Shown here in pieces: positions 33,543 through 46,956 of a stretch of 64,000 nt of DNA. The notes under the pieces are model-generated. The model was not told the origin of the DNA. It made no database searches and saw only the letters and a program-made list of their open reading frames with translations. The stretch's first letter is position 1; every line of letters starts with the position of its first letter. The DNA is from Schmidtea polychroa (lineage: Eukaryota): positions 162,986,312-163,050,311 of the forward strand of contig CM097886.1 of assembly GCA_044892525.1 (NCBI GenBank), read 5' to 3'. The translations under genes were made by a program, and so were the position numbers.

Positions 33543-36036
33543 TTATACAACAATAAATAGTATAATAATACTTATGAAACTATACTTATGAAATAATTTA
33601 AATTATCCTTTTCTAGTTCTGATATAAACATATATGGGAAAATATCAATTATGCTACTATAAGTTGCTATTAAAGTCTATTACATCTGGTTTTATAATTT
33701 AGGTTGCGAGTAATTTATTAATATCCTATTAATTATGAATATTTGATGGGTTACAACATACGGTTGATTAAATTATTAAAATGATATGAGATAATTTATC
33801 GACCCAAAGTCCATGTAGAATTTATAGTGAGTATAAATACAAGATATGAGATTATACTGCTATTATATATAATAATAGTTCATAAATTAGAATTAAATTT
33901 AATCTATTCCTTATTTTTAAATTGTATTTTGTATATTGTTGGGCTAGAACTGATTCCTAGACCCAAACTTCTAATTGTGGCTGCAATGTGTAGGTACACA
34001 ACATGCAAAAAGCAAAAAGTATAGTCAAATATTAAAAATACACCAAATAAACAATATTAACTAAAGGAGAAAGCAACAAAAATAATAAACACACAAATTA
34101 AATAAAATTATACCAAAAGCAAGAAGTTATGCAAAATAGAACTCAAAAATAACCAAACAAACATAGAGTTACAAAAAACAAACTCGAAAAACTTAAAAGA
34201 CGATAAAAACAACAAAAAAATTCCAGAAAAACCCAGAACATTCCATAAAAATGGCGACAATCATCACAAAAGCTACCTTGAACAATAAAAGTTAGAAAAA
34301 TAACTAAATTAGTAATAAAAATAAAAATTCGTAAAAAGAAATTCATAAAACATAGGTTAAAATAAAAATAAAATTAAAATTAACATGGAATGTTCTGGAA
34401 CCGTTCCAAATCCATCATGGACGTCAAATTAACGAAAAATAATTAAAAAATAAAAATTTAAAAATAAAAACAAAAATTATGGCACAAAAATTGCCATTAA
34501 AAATAGCAAAATCGCAAAATAGAAAATTCTGGAATAAAAAAGAATTGGAGTTTGTTTTAATGCATCAATACATACACGTGTACAAAATAGGTATATATAC
34601 TGACACGTTTCAGCCACAGAGCATCATTATTTTATGCCAAAAAAATTTCTTTTTGTCAAAAGGATATCAATAGTAAGTATTATTGTGTCAATTTTTTTGT
34701 GTACTATTATTTGTGTATTACTATTATTAACTCATCTATGCTAAAAGAGATTTTTAACGATTTTATATTTTTGATTTTCATTAGATCAACTTTTTGAGCA
34801 ATGTACGAAGGTTCAACGGCGTATTGGTGTTCCTGCGCCGTTGTTCGGTCCTACATTCGATTTTGGAAAATTTCATAGGACATGCCAACATGCATTATCT
34901 ATATTATATTAATCGATATTATACGGTTCTTTTTGTTCGGGTCAGCCGGAGGTCGAACTACTTCATGGTCCTGCCATGGAGTTAGGTCGAGGAAACCCTC
35001 CGCCTGACTCCTTGTATTTATTTAAGGTCAACCGTAAATGGTTGACTCAGCACACAACACTAAGGTTTGTGGAAGTGGTCACAGTTGGGCCATGGAAGCA
35101 ATATTCTTCCCGACCTTTTACGTAACACATATTTAAATTCAACATTTAAAATTAGTACAACACAAAATACACTAAGGTTCTAAATTGAGTAGAACTCATA
35201 CCTAAACTTACACAGTTCTGCAAACACACTAAAGTAGCTGGTCGATTAATAATAAAATTTGGGTTACGCGTGGACATATGCCGAATTGGGTTTGGTAACA
35301 TCATCTCATATTAATTGGAATAGAAACGGGAAAATTATTCGGCCTATGTCCAAGTAGAGCCTGCTAAGGGGTCGACTATGAACTCATTCCCCCGCAGATA
35401 TAGAATTATGAATTATGAAATACAAAATTATAACTCGTAGGATATAAAACTGTAAATTAGAGACTATAATATTAATAGTAGAATATAAAGTCATCAAGGG
35501 TAAAAGAAAAATTATATAACATAAATTCCTAAATCGAAGAATATAAAGTCATGAAATGAAAAATTTGAACTTGTGAAATATGAATTTACAAATTATAAAA
35601 TTAGAAGTTGGAATGGTAAATTAGGAATTATCAGAATATGAATTTATAAAGTGTAATGCATAAAATTGTAACCTATAATCAGTACATAGGACCTGCCCCG
35701 AACTATCAAATATTAATCCTGATATAACCCTCCAACAGGTATGAAAGTAAATTATAACGATGTATAAGTGAATACATTCAACATTATTAGCAGATTTACT
35801 CATATTATTAACATTATTACTCTTATTATTATTGTCATTATTATTATCATTATTATTAACACTATTGTTATTAAGGTAAATTACAACGATTTACAAGTAA
35901 ATATTATCAACATTATTACTCTTATTATTATTGTCGTTATTATTATCATTATTATTATCACTATTGTTATTAAGGTAACTTACAACGATTTACAAGTAAA
36001 TATTATCAACATTATTGGCAGTATTACTCATATTAT

Positions 36037-36269
36037 NNNNNNNNNNNNNNNNNNNNNNNNNNNNNNNNNNNNNNNNNNNNNNNNNNNNNNNNNNNNNNNN
36101 NNNNNNNNNNNNNNNNNNNNNNNNNNNNNNNNNNNNNNNNNNNNNNNNNNNNNNNNNNNNNNNNNNNNNNNNNNNNNNNNNNNNNNNNNNNNNNNNNNNN
36201 NNNNNNNNNNNNNNNNNNNNNNNNNNNNNNNNNNNNNNNNNNNNNNNNNNNNNNNNNNNNNNNNNNNNN
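36037..36269. other. Assembly gap (N run) within an (ATT)-rich repeat
   Basis: Run of N. Confidence 1.
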
Positions 36270-37476
36270 TCATCATTTTTACCATTACTATCGTTATTAT
36301 TACCACCATCACCCTTAATTTCATGGTTATTAATGCAATCATTAATAGTATTATCATTAGTAACATGATCTCAGTACAATAGGTATCCTTATTTGACGAA
36401 AATAAACTTAGAAACTGAATTATTAATTTTGGGATTCCCCTATCGCTAAATTTAGCTGCATTAGCCCTATCTCCCCATAAAAATCACGGAAAATCACCAA
36501 AATCTAATTTTAACAACACCCCCCCCCCCCCCGGAGGACGACGTCAAAGTATTGATTTGAATAATGTAGAGGCACGCACATATACATATGTAAACATGCG
36601 TGGGTGTGTAGTTAGGTAGTACCTATACATACATGGATGTGGGTGGGGACTTAGAGGTCCAAAGAGTAATAAAAATACAATACCCCCGTAGTACCTTGAA
36701 CACAACCCGTTAGAAGAACAAAATAACGACAATATGATTAATTAAATAGTTCGTTAAAATAATGTATTAATTCACCATGAGAATTAAATTTATCTTCAAA
36801 ACAAATCAAAATACAAAGTTCAAGTTAAATTTTATTGATCTGAAATCAAACGATTATAAACCCAATTGTCAAGGAAATCTAAAAATCTTCTCAGCAGTAT
36901 CGTCGAGCTATCTTTATCCATGTGAGGGTCCATAGTGTAGTTTTGATCAGTGCTGACTGACCCGAGAGTTCGGCCGAAAACTGGTATCACTAAAATAATT
37001 ATTAACAAGTTTATGAGAAAATTACTAACTACTTGAATTCATTTCCTCTATTTTGTCAATGTTGACTAAAATTATTTAAAAATCATTGTTTGGCCTTGAG
37101 GACGATTGCTGTGATAAAACAAGGAAAATTTAGAGAATGATCAATAACTTTAAACAACAAAAGGAAAAAGGAATTGTTCATTAAATGGGTACACTAAAAA
37201 ATCTAAAGCAAATTTTAGTTAGATGTATTTATATTAACTATAATAAATTTAGTGGGTAATAAAAATATACTGCTAAATTAAATCGAATTGTGAGGTTAGC
37301 AGTACCGGTACTAATTATAATAAATTTAATAGTTACTTAAAAATTATACTGATAAACAAAATCAAGATTTTAGACTAGTAGCATTAGCATCAATTGCAAC
37401 AACTTTAGTAGTTTGAGCATTATGGATTCTAAACCAGGAATTTCTGACGTCTATTTATAAGTCACATTGATTATGC

Positions 37477-37857
37477 ATGGATCTTAATGGTTATTCTCCA
37501 GACATGTCTCAATCCAACGATAGCAGCAGCATCAAAGAAGACGATCGGCAGACGATCACCCGACTCCGTACTCGGTACATTTGGTGGAGTCAGGGACGGG
37601 ACCTGGATTGCGCAGATCGAGTAATCCGGACGGGCCCCGAAGTAGATGCCCCGGCATGGGTGAAGACGGAGCCGGAGAACAACCGGTTGCAGGAAGCCCG
37701 CGATCAAGCGGCCTGGGACGTAGAAGCCGCTCAGATCCGGCTTAAGAAGATAGAGCTACAAATCAGGGCAGAAAGGGAAGGGGTTCCCTTGGAAGAATTA
37801 GAGGAGGCCGAGGTACCCCCGAGAAGGAGAGGAAGGCCCCGCAAGCATCAATTGTGA
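37477..37857 (+). CDS. LTR-encoded ORF A: small protein with SUMO consensus (VKTE), coiled coil, acidic patch and C-terminal AT-hook
   Basis: Intact 126-aa GC-rich ORF inside the AT-rich LTR, ending PPRRRGRPRKHQL; protein-level homologue at 26448-26715. Confidence 0.7.
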   Translation: MDLNGYSPDMSQSNDSSSIKEDDRQTITRLRTRYIWWSQGRDLDCADRVIRTGPEVDAPAWVKTEPENNRLQEARDQAAWDVEAAQIRLKKIELQIRAEREGVPLEELEEAEVPPRRRGRPRKHQL

Positions 37858-38152
37858 ACAAAGGCCGATAATTGACGTAGTACAATAACTCCTTACTTAG
37901 TGGGTGTGGTTTAATTAATAATCAATCTTGACTAGTGTTTATTGTTGAATAATAATCTCTTATTCATTTGATGTCTTAATTAAAGATTAAAATTGACTGG
38001 GGTTTATCATTAAATGAAGTGTTTTCCTTTTAAATTGAGTTATAAGTAACCAGTATAACAATGTCCTAGCGACACATTACTAGTATTGATTAATTGGTAC
38101 ATTATTCGCTGTTCCAACTCTTTTAGCATGTGTAAAATTAATAACACCTTTT

Positions 38153-38632
38153 ATGTTTTCAGTGTATAAGTTAATGGAGAACCTGCGGAAGGATCGGGAG
38201 CAGGCCCAACAACAAGCAGACGAACTCCGGACCCGAGTAGATAAACTAAAAGGGAAATGTCGGGAGTTCGAGGGGACCTGGTTTAGCCCCGAGGCGATGA
38301 AAAGGAAAACCACCCAGATTCTCCAGCTGCAGACGCAAGCCGCCCAGGATCAAATGGAGATTCGCGCCCTAAAATTGTAGGTGCGGGTGCTCGAAACCGA
38401 ACGGAATGAGCGGTTTGTGCAGGAATCCGCAGCAAGGCAAATCCGGCCGCTGACCGTCGAGCTGGCAGCGATATATCCTCCGGCCGTTGAAAGCAAACCT
38501 AAACGAAAACGGCTAGGACGAAACATCCGTGAAAAATTAAAGAAGGCCAGGCTGGCCGAGTACGAAAGGCAAGTGGACTCATCGCAAACGTCTACGACGG
38601 GACTAATTGGTCCCACTAACAAGCCGAGTTGA
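38153..38632 (+). CDS. LTR-encoded ORF B: coiled-coil protein with NLS-like basic motifs, one in-frame TAG
   Basis: ORFs 38153-38380 and 38381-38632 are contiguous in one frame, split by one TAG. Contains KPKRKRL and REKLKKARL; homologue at 29230-29500. Confidence 0.6.
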
Positions 38633-39025
38633 ACTGTTATTCCGTTTTTTGTAGTGTGTTTTGTATATTTGTAGTATTAAAATAATATTTTTTATTGTTG
38701 TTACAATAATACATATTTTGTAGCGTTAAAATAATGTCTGGTATATTTATGATTGTCTGAGAATCGAGAGGTTGTGCGTAAGGTTGGGAAAACAATCTTG
38801 ATAAGGGACCTGAGGAAATCGGACACAAACCTTCTAACGGTAGTCCGTGAACCCATAGAGTACTCGGCGATTATAGTGCCTCGATGCGCTCACTTTTCGC
38901 GGGTACTCAACCCCTTGGTACAGTACCAACGTTGATTACTTAACGGGTACCAAGCGGAAACTAATGTTGTATTTTGGGTTACGCTGGTAACATAACTTAA
39001 TCATTCGACCACCTGTAACCCACCA

Positions 39026-39472
39026 ATATCTTTTTCTAAAATTTTTACATTTTAAACTAAAATATTTATTTTTTATAAATTTTATTGGGTTGTTTGGCGT
39101 CCATGATGAATTATGGATTGTTCTGGATTTTTATTCAAAATTTTGATATAATTTTCTTTAAGTAAGGTTATATGGAAATTTGTTTTAATTTTCTTTTTAA
39201 TTTTTTTTCTAATCGCCTTTGGTCTTGTTGTTTTTGTTGTTTTATGTCTTTCGGTTATATTTGAGTAAGTTTGATACTTCTTGCTCGTATTTTATTTTAC
39301 TTTTAATTCAGATGTTTTTGTTTTGGTTATATTATCTCTCTATTATCATTGTTTACTTGGTGTTTTTAAGTATATTTATTTAAGTAAACTTAATGCTGGG
39401 TATGCGTGTTGTGTACTGACACAATTCGTCCCCTTCCTAATTTTGGGTTTAGAAATCAGTTCTAGCCCAACA
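39026..39472 (-). mobile_element. Inverted 5'-end fragment of the LTR family; it continues at about 33893-33936 on the other side of the solo LTR
   Basis: Reverse complement of about 12332-12790, ending ...CTAGCCCAACA at 39472. The sequence left of 33933 continues the same alignment. Confidence 0.85.
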
Positions 39473-40568
39473 ATTATATCTTCTCAATATTTATGCTGAG
39501 TTTATTGAGTTTTCGCTTCTATATTTACTCTGAATTTTTTAGAATTTTCGCTTTATCTTTGTTCAGACTTTTCATAGAGTTTTATCTTTGGGTAATCATG
39601 CCCTAATTATACACCGGGTAGGTGTCCATCAGCACATTAGACCCTGGGTTTCTATGTTTATCTTTAATGGATGCTCATTCGGTCACTGTTAGGATCCCTT
39701 CAGTTTGTCTTTCAAGTTGTTGATGATCGATTTTCATTTTTTTAATCTACTTTTTTATTTGTAAATTTTTAAATCTACATGTTATTTGTTTATCAATAAA
39801 AGTTAAAACGAAAAATCCAGAGAGATATAGAAAAGAGAATATAATCGTTAATTCAATAAGCCAGTGACAATCTAGGTAATAAGTAAAAATTGTTAAAGTC
39901 CAAACTTGAGGTAGCAAAGCAACCATATCAATTGTGCGAGATGCCAGCCACTACCAGTAGTTAGTTGGTCGTATAATTTAAGTGTTCATAAAGTGCTATT
40001 CGCCCAGAAGGGTTTCCCGAATACGTTTCAGTTGCATTGATTAATTGGTGTCATTGTAATTGTTATAACCATTTGACGTATTCAATAAAGTTTTATTAGT
40101 TAGGATTCGTATTGTTGTTGATTAAAAGCACACTCGTAATCAGAGAGTAGTCATTGATTTGAAAAAACTACCGACAACGAACTAACCCCAAAATATTTTT
40201 AAAAATTAACTCTGGTTTTATTTATATTTTATTTTCTTTGCTTTGCTTTTCGTTTTATTTAATATTATTCTTCAGATTACATAAAATTGCACAAACAAAT
40301 TTAAAAGTGCAAAATATTTAAATGTGTAACCAATAAAACTCAAAAACTTGTATTTAAAATAATATTAACAAAAAATTATTAAAAATCATATTTGTGAGGA
40401 AAATGTATGACAAGTAGCAGGTTAAAATTTTAAGGCGACTATATTAATTAAAATTGAGGCGGTTCTCAGGTAGAGGTATTAAAAAAAATTATTAATTTTC
40501 AAATTAATTGCTGATAAACTCACATCGTTCAGGCACACAACCAGAAAACTTGTGAAAAGTACGCTAAC

Positions 40569-40838
40569 CAAAGGCGTCTTTAGAAATTTGTCGCCCCTGT
40601 GCTATAAACAATAATGTGCCCCTAAAAGAACAATTTTTACAAAAATATATTATGTTTATTAATAATATCACACATTATTGCATATACATATATTAATATT
40701 ATATATTACATCATTTTATTTCAACGACTAGGATAACAAACGAACAAAAAAAACAATTAAAAATAATTTATGGCTTTTATAAAATTTACGGCGCCCCCTG
40801 TGCTTAGCACAGTTAGCACAATGGAAGAAACGGTGCTG
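40569..40838. mobile_element. hAT-type MITE
   Basis: Perfect 8-bp TSD ACGCTAAC at 40561-40568 and 40839-40846; imperfect TIRs. Confidence 0.8.
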
Positions 40839-41782
40839 ACGCTAACAATCGATTGAAAATTTCAGATATAAATGGATTGAGACAAAAATTTTAAAATAAT
40901 TTCTCATTTGAGATTATTCTTAATAATTTAGAAATTTGATTATTTTAAAATTTTCAGTTAGAACAAACAAAAGTTACACTACTAATAAATGAACAATATA
41001 AACGTTTCTAACCGTATGGAAAAAATATAATGAACAAATCAAAAACAAATAATTTAAATTAAACTTATATTTTCAAAACACAATTTCTATTTCCACTACA
41101 AGAATAAAAAATTGTTTCTTTGAGCAGGCCAGATCATATCTGAAAATATATTTAATTTTTTACTTTACAAAACATGCACAGAAGACGTTCTAAATATTTA
41201 TTTAAAGGTTTTATCTTTAATTAACTCATACTCAAACTATAACCTTTATTTATAGTTGATATTATATTTATTAAAAAATTGACTTTGAATCAATAAATAT
41301 ATCGATGTTTTTTTGATATTCAAAAATATAAAAAATATAAAAAAACATCGATATCTTTACTGATTCATAGTCAATTTTTTAATAAATATAATGTCAATCG
41401 ACAATCAATAGAAGTTCTTATACAGCAGACCCCGATTATAACGCGGGTTTGCGGGAAATGATTTAAACCGCGTTATAAGGTCCGCGTAATAAACGATTAT
41501 TTTAACTTTAGCTTTGGAATGTATTATTTAAGATTTACTATATTAAAATACGATGCACTAAATCCGATTACAATCCAATACATTTTATATAAAAATAGTT
41601 GATTGTTTTTTTTTATTTCACGCTATAACCTTAATTTGATTTATATTCCCCGTGTACCAATTTTCTTAAAAAATTTTAAAATTATTAATAAGACATCTAT
41701 TAGTTTACTGATTAATATAATAACTCTTAACAATTAAAAACGATACATAAAACATCTTCTAATAAGGAAAAATATTTAAATG

Positions 41783-43123
41783 CAGGGGCGGATCCACACC
41801 ATCTAGTAAGAGGGGGGATGATTTTTAGGATTTAGTGTCAACCACAGACAAGCCCAGAAATCGTAAAAATTGTTTACTTTTTTTACTTTGAGACTCATTA
41901 TTATTGGTTATAGCAACAATCTATAATATTTTTTATTATAAACTGATATTAAATTAATAATACACAATTATTTAAAATTTTTAATTTTATAAGTAATTTG
42001 CATTTACTATTGACGATATTTTTAAATAACACAGCATGGTGTTTGAAAACGGAAGTAAATTAGGTCTATTGAGTAATATGAATTTTAATAAAGTTATGCG
42101 GTGCTTATTTTAAATCGGATTTTTGACGTCATTTTATAGTTACATTACATAGATTAAAGCAGTAGAAGAATGATACTCAAATTTGAAGAATAACGAAGAA
42201 TAAAAACCTGGCAAAGAACGCGAATCACAGAAAACATACTAATTGGATTAACCCTACTTAATGTACACAGAGACATTCCAGTAAATGTTAAAATGTAATT
42301 GAGAGTATTGCGAAGTCAGGATATCGTAAACTAGATTTTGTGTGTTATAAATTGTTAAAATAATCAACAAATCAAGGTTTTAAGTACGTTACTAGTCTAA
42401 TAACTGAACTTTCTAGTCTAATGATTGTATTTCATAATTTCAATAATTATAAATTACTTCAAAATATAATTTACAGCAGTGTATATTTACATTAAAATAT
42501 GAACATTTTTGTTTATATTGCATACTTTCATTACAACCCTTTGACCACTGTCGGGACATATATGTCCCAGTCAAATTTAAAAAATATATAGATGCCTTAT
42601 TCTCTGTGCTATTACAACCAACGCTTGTCCCACTCGTGTTAATAGTATTTCCGACTAGTTTCATCTATAATCGTTAAAATACGTTCTTCCGGCTAGCAAA
42701 CGTAACATTTTATTTCATTCGTTGTCACATTTTACAGCATGTGCTTTGTGAAATAGTGGTTATAATACCTACATTATTGTTTATTTTGGGAAGTATTTAT
42801 ATCAAAAGGTAAGCACATTTATTTTTTGTTTATATATTTATATTTTTTTATAAAACTGCATGCAATAATAGTTTTGGCATTACATTTAGTTAGTGGTACA
42901 TACATGTCCCGCACTCAAATTTCAAATTTACAGCATAGGAAAAATTTGAAATCAACATTAAACGTTTTAAACAAGCTATATAGCTGATTTCTATCGTTAA
43001 AGTTCAATAAATTTCATTTTTTAAAATTCGTCGTCAAAGGGATAAAGGGCTGCAAAAGCCAAGTAAAAAATTTATTTCCAAATAATCGTCCCCATCGCCT
43101 CCCCCTTTATGTATCCACCAATG
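41783..43123. mobile_element. Non-autonomous hAT-type element
   Basis: Ends CAGGGGCGGATCCA / TGTATCCACCAATG; perfect 8-bp TSD TTTAAATG on both sides. Confidence 0.8.
42537..43041. mobile_element. piggyBac-like MITE nested in the 41783-43123 element
   Basis: TIRs CCCTTTGAC / GTCAAAGGG and subterminal GGGACATATATGTCCC. The flanks (ACAA/ATAA) are only TTAA-like. Confidence 0.55.
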
Positions 43124-43826
43124 TTTAAATGGGATAATGAATCATGTTATTTACTTAAATAATCAGTAATTTTCCTCTGTTTCTTTCTGATGAAATGTTT
43201 TTCGAGTATTATATATTTTTAGGGACATTCAACTGGATTGTTCTGACACTTTCAACATTTAATATTTTATTTATATTATTTTATTATTTTATTTGTACTT
43301 TTAAAAGTACTTTGTGCAAAATTTTATACGATTCTATAAACTACTTATAAATTATAGAAGAAAATAAATAGAAATTTCAAAGATGAGCAAACAACATTTT
43401 TATACGTAAATATTTATCGAAATATTTCAAGTTGGTGAAACATTCCAAAAGTAAAAGGAAAATGGCTATTCTACAGGAAATGAGAGAGAATTTGTGCAAA
43501 GTTTGAGGAAATTATTGTATTTGTTTTAATATATTAAATTAATACAAGATGTTAACCCTAATTTATTCTTAACTTGACTAGACATAAATAAATATTAACT
43601 GTCAATGTCAAAAATACCATGAAATTTTTCATAATTTAAATTTGATAAAAGTTGATTTAACATATATTCATGCGACCTTGACTATAAATCGTATTTTATC
43701 TAAATTTGATTATATTTATTTTATCTTTTAATTATTAATAATATGATTAATTAAAATAATGATAATAAATAATCATAAATAATAATAAAATTAATTAATT
43801 AATTACAATAAAAATTAATAATTAAC

Positions 43827-44007
43827 NNNNNNNNNNNNNNNNNNNNNNNNNNNNNNNNNNNNNNNNNNNNNNNNNNNNNNNNNNNNNNNNNNNNNNNNNN
43901 NNNNNNNNNNNNNNNNNNNNNNNNNNNNNNNNNNNNNNNNNNNNNNNNNNNNNNNNNNNNNNNNNNNNNNNNNNNNNNNNNNNNNNNNNNNNNNNNNNNN
44001 NNNNNNN
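43827..44007. other. Assembly gap (N run)
   Basis: Run of N. Confidence 1.
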
Positions 44008-44716
44008 AAATGATAATATAAGCCATTTGCTGCAAAGTATATATTGAATGAAATAAAATAATAATTTATAAAAATAATCGTTATCAATTGATATTCAATA
44101 TTTATCCAAAATATATATGTATATTACCAGATTCCAGTATAGTTGAAAAAGGCTTTTCATAATATTGAATATACTCTTTTAAACTTATCAAACAAGAATC
44201 TTGAGATATTTCTGCTAAATAACCAACAATTACTGAAAAGTAATAAATATATAAAAAATATGCAAAAATAATAAATACTTTGTTGAGGAATGAGATCCGG
44301 AACACTGTCGCGTAAATTCTTTAGAACTTCTGATAATTTCAGCTACATTATACACAATAAACTTCAAATAAATTTTTTTAATATTGAATTACGGTTGTTT
44401 ATCAAATTATATTTGTATATAATTTTCTTCGCCATACATATATTTCTAAAAACCATTCACTAAAATTCTATGTACAACCAAATTTTCAGCTGGAGTTTTC
44501 TTATTAGATTTTCATAAAGTTAAATTCATCAAAACTGTACTTCATAATGATCATCTACTCGTGATTAATGCTTTTTTCCTGGAATGTTATCAGTCTCTAA
44601 ACCTACCCAATATATGAATGATGTAAGCTTGAATACTATTTTATAAATATTCTGGTCTTCTACAAAGTTTCTCATCAATGACGTGTCTTTGTCAGAATTT
44701 ATTCTTTGATCTATAC

Positions 44717-45077
44717 CAGCGTTTCCCAAAGTTTTTTCACCGCGACACCCTTTTCGATTTCAAATTTTTGACGGAACCCCATTTACAAAAATCTTAGAAT
44801 TTTAATATCGGGAATGTTAATAATATCATCACAAAAATTTGGGTTAAGTATTCACAAAATTTATCGATAAAAAAAAATACTCATACGATTATTTTCAAAA
44901 ATTGAAAAAATAACTTACCTTTTTATCAAATATTATTAAAACTAATTTTAAATTGGATCGAATAAAATCGAGAATTATTTATTAATCTTTATTTATAAAT
45001 ATTATTTTATAAATTATTTATTTACATAAAGTTCGCGGAACCCCAGGGTTCCGCGGATTCCACTTTGGGAAACACTG
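44717..45077. mobile_element. hAT MITE
   Basis: TIRs CAGCGTTTCCCAAA / TTTGGGAAACACTG; TSD ATCTATAC / GTCTATAC. Confidence 0.85.
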
Positions 45078-45377
45078 GTCTATACAATTTATTATTCGCT
45101 CTTTTTTAAGTATTTAAACCACTTTTTACTCATCTTTCGTTTTGACTGCACACAGGGGAAAACATGTACTGTGCTGGCCTATTATCTAAAAAATACATCC
45201 TCTACATCTTATTGCAAAAGAAAAGGTCATAAAATCCCATTTAGAATCACTTGAAAAAATTATTTCTTTGGTAGTTTTAGTTATATAAAATTCAATCAAT
45301 ACACGTATAGGCTTATCTGTGTCCTGATTTTGAATGGTGCATTACAATAACATAGTAAGCTCCCAAGTAGTCTAGAG

Positions 45378-45789
45378 CAGGGGTCCTCAAACTGTTTTAA
45401 ATAGGGACCCACTAGCCAGAAACCAGAAACTTGGCGACCCAATACAAAATTTTTTCCTTCTTTTGCAATCAACTTTATATTTACCAACTCCAACTAAAAT
45501 ATTTTCCCATTAAACGTATTTTAATTCTTTCAAAATTTTGCTAACAAACCCTTAATTCTTAAAGATAATTATTACAATTAATTATTCGAAATAAAGGAAT
45601 AAATTTATATGGAGCTTTATATGGAGCAAATCGCAAATTAACACTAGTAAACTAATGCTCTCGTTTTGTTTGTAACAGATTAAAAAGTTTGTGACGTAGT
45701 TTGTTTCATTTTTTTACAAATAGCATCCTCGCGACCCACCTGGGAAGTTTTCCACATGTGGGTGGCGACCCATGGTTTGAGAATAGATG
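45378..45789. mobile_element. hAT MITE
   Basis: CAGGGGTCCTCAAAC ... GTTTGAGAATAGATG, flanked by GTCTAGAG / GTCTAGTG. Confidence 0.75.
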
Positions 45790-45797
45790 GTCTAGTG

Positions 45798-45992
45798 CAG
45801 TGGTTCTCAAACTTTTTTGATCACGACCCAAATTTTTGACATTTCATGCCAAAAATTTTATTGCGACCCACATGACAAAGATTAAATAAATTTAAAAGGC
45901 TTAAACTTCCAAAATTTATATTTGTAGATCTTTCCATAAGTCATCGCGACCCACCAAAAATTCTTTCGCAACCCATAGTTTGAGAAACACTG
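45798..45992. mobile_element. hAT MITE
   Basis: TIRs CAGTGGTTCTCAAAC / GTTTGAGAAACACTG, flanked by GTCTAGTG / GTCTAGAG. Confidence 0.85.
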
Positions 45993-46956
45993 GTCTAGAG
46001 GACCGTATGGTACCACTAGGCTATCCTCATTTCGTTAACTATAAAATGACGTCACTGTGTGGGGAGGGGGTGGATCATCAGAAATGTGACCAAAAGTGAC
46101 AGGGTGGGTCAAAAATGGTTATTTTTGGCGTGACGTAATTATGCAATGACCCCCTAAAACTCTATTGAATTCAATCCTTCTGCTCTGTGAATTGTCGAGG
46201 AAATAAAGAGATAAAATAGTAAATGATGAAGACGAATTTCATTTTAAACGGTTATTGTGAATATCACAAAGCTCATTTAGCTAAATAAATTACAAATCTG
46301 GAGAAATAAACTAAGAAAAATCAATATAAACACATAAAAACAGTATTTTATAAATATTCACCAATTCTTCGCAAAATGCATAAGTACCATGAAAATTATA
46401 TATATGAAAATTATATAAAAACAATAAATTTATGTTTAAAATTATTAAAAATTAATTTAAATTTAATTTTAAATCATCGAAAAAAAACAAATATTTGAAA
46501 ATTAATTTGAAAAAAAATTGCTGACAAATTATGAGTAATATATTATTTTAGACATAAACTTGTGTTAATGATGACATTATTCCATAAAATCTAGTGTATT
46601 AAACATTTGTTTCCGGCAATTCCCACAAGCTTGCACAGTATCATTACATATCCAAGTATAATATTATTTTTCTTTTGAAAATTGGTCATCATTTTTAATC
46701 ATTCCTTCAGTTCGCTTAAATTCTTTAGTTGTTGGATTTTTAAACAAATTCCTTAACATACATCTTTTTACTCATTTAAGCACTTCAAAACATAGATGAG
46801 AATTACATATAAAATTGAAAGGGTAATAAAAATAGAAATTCGATTTAGATAATGTAAAATCTCTATTAAAATGTACACGAGCATTATAGTAAATATTTTA
46901 CGGCAACTTATGATCATTTAAGATTATTGGAAATAAATTTTTATTGAAAAAAACAG

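Larger units (their letters stand above)
33937..39025 (+). mobile_element. Solo LTR (about 5.1 kb including a gap) of a related giant LTR family
   Basis: TGTTGGGCTAGAAC...GTAACCCACCA flanked by ATAT at 33933-33936 and 39026-39029. Colinear but divergent homology to 12332-17226. Confidence 0.88.

Noticed and set aside
35768-36382. Ile-rich ORFs here, at 15038-15256 and around 43799-44087
   Set aside because: Translations of (ATT)n repeats and N gaps.
38805-38860. Hammerhead-like core CTGAGGA...stem...GAA in the solo LTR
   Set aside because: GAAA is not intact (GAAC), and the other LTR copies read CTGCGTA or lack the core, so catalytic residues are not conserved.
39900-40200. Possible short solo LTR of another family (AATAAA present)
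   Set aside because: No TG...CA boundaries with TSD could be identified.
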